64,000 bases of DNA from Octopus sinensis (lineage: Eukaryota), in the NCBI RefSeq assembly GCF_006345805.1, contig NC_043014.1, positions 34,534,001 through 34,598,000 on the forward strand, in the 5' to 3' direction. Position numbers and translations under genes: made by a program. Below, piece after piece: positions 63,127 through 64,000 of this stretch. Below the pieces are notes generated by a model. That model was not told where the DNA came from and did not search any database. It saw only the letters and a list, made by a program, of their open reading frames with translations. Within the stretch, counting starts at the first letter, position 1. Each line of letters opens with the position of its first letter.

Positions 63127-63802
63127 TATATATATATATAATATAATTCAGTTGGGGATTAATAGAAATGTGGGTATTCTATTTCAAATAATACACAAAA
63201 AATAACTTAATGAGTATATCTGAAAGTAAACTCATGGTATCCATTTGCACATCATGAAATAATACTAAAAGGACATAATCATTATACCAGCAGGGTATAT
63301 ACTATACTTCCTTAATTATCTCCTACTTTGGTTAACACTAAATTAATTAGATATGAAGGAACTACATGTGGTCATTACATATTTTTTTAATGGTCCTTAC
63401 TTATACCTTGTCTTGTATATATCACTGTGTAAAAAACCCGTATAACTGGGAACCCAGTCATGAATTTACAATATAGAATGGTGAACCTTGAACCCTGCCA
63501 CAAGAATACTTGAAGTTCTTTATAAATTTAAACAATATTGTTAGCCTGATGTACTAACAAAGTTTATAAAGTATTTTGCCTGGATTGATAATCTCTCACT
63601 AATAAATCTGTTATATATATATGTGTGTGTGTATATACACACACAACAGTCCCCTTTCAGTTTCTGTCTACTACTTACAAGACTTTAGTTCGCCAGAGAC
63701 TCTAATAAAATCATTTGCTCAAGATGCAATGTAGCGTGACTGAACCTGAAATCATGTGGTTGAGAAGCAAACGTTTTACCATACAGCCATGCCAGCACCT
63801 AT

Positions 63803-64000
63803 CATCATCGTTTAACGTCTGCTTTCCATGCTAGCATGGGTTGGACAGTTCAACTGGAGTCTGGGAAGCCAGAAGGTTGCACCAGGCCCAGTCTGATCTA
63901 GCAGTGTTTCTACAGCTGGATGCCAACCACTCCGTAAGTGTAGTGGGTGCTTTTTATGTGCCACCGGCACAGGTGCCAGACGAGGCTGGCAAACGGCCAC
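63803..64000 (-). mobile_element. Family C copy, cut by the window edge
   Basis: CATCATCGTTTAACGTCTGCTTTCCATGCTAGCATGGGTTGGAC..GCCAGACGAGGCTGGCAAACGGCCAC. Confidence 0.85.

Overview
AT-rich, repeat-dense animal genomic DNA. The SINE, RTE and MITE repertoire plus long (TA)n/(CA)n tracts point to an Octopus genome (inference). The only host gene I can support is an OSGIN1/2-like FAD-oxidoreductase on the minus strand. It has a 5'UTR plus start-codon exon (16274-15955; MPPFDLKGCDITNQPKVYEVIIIG) spliced across a 12.5-kb intron to an exon at 3452-3319 (GNGPSAICLSFLLSGYRPYYNGLPHSVPFLEEKLKGLKGKSVVES). Further coding exons lie left of the window and the first exon/promoter was not found. The rest is mostly transposon debris: several tRNA-derived SINE families, RTE and R4/Dong LINE ends, two Penelope-like GIY-YIG relics, a gypsy gag-protease relic, mariner/Tc1 relics, piggyBac and hAT MITEs, a 20-bp minisatellite and a 4.4-kb degenerate (TA)n tract. 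The most unusual signal is a Penelope-associated hammerhead set. It comprises three minimal hammerhead ribozyme motifs of shared architecture (one in an element with a tRNA/Pol III SINE head) and four foldback-plus-tail insertions in (TA)n, including a 105-bp near-perfect hairpin inside the host intron. Nearly all ORFs in the supplied track are low-complexity artefacts. Repeat boundaries were read by eye and are approximate (about +/-10-20 nt) unless stated.
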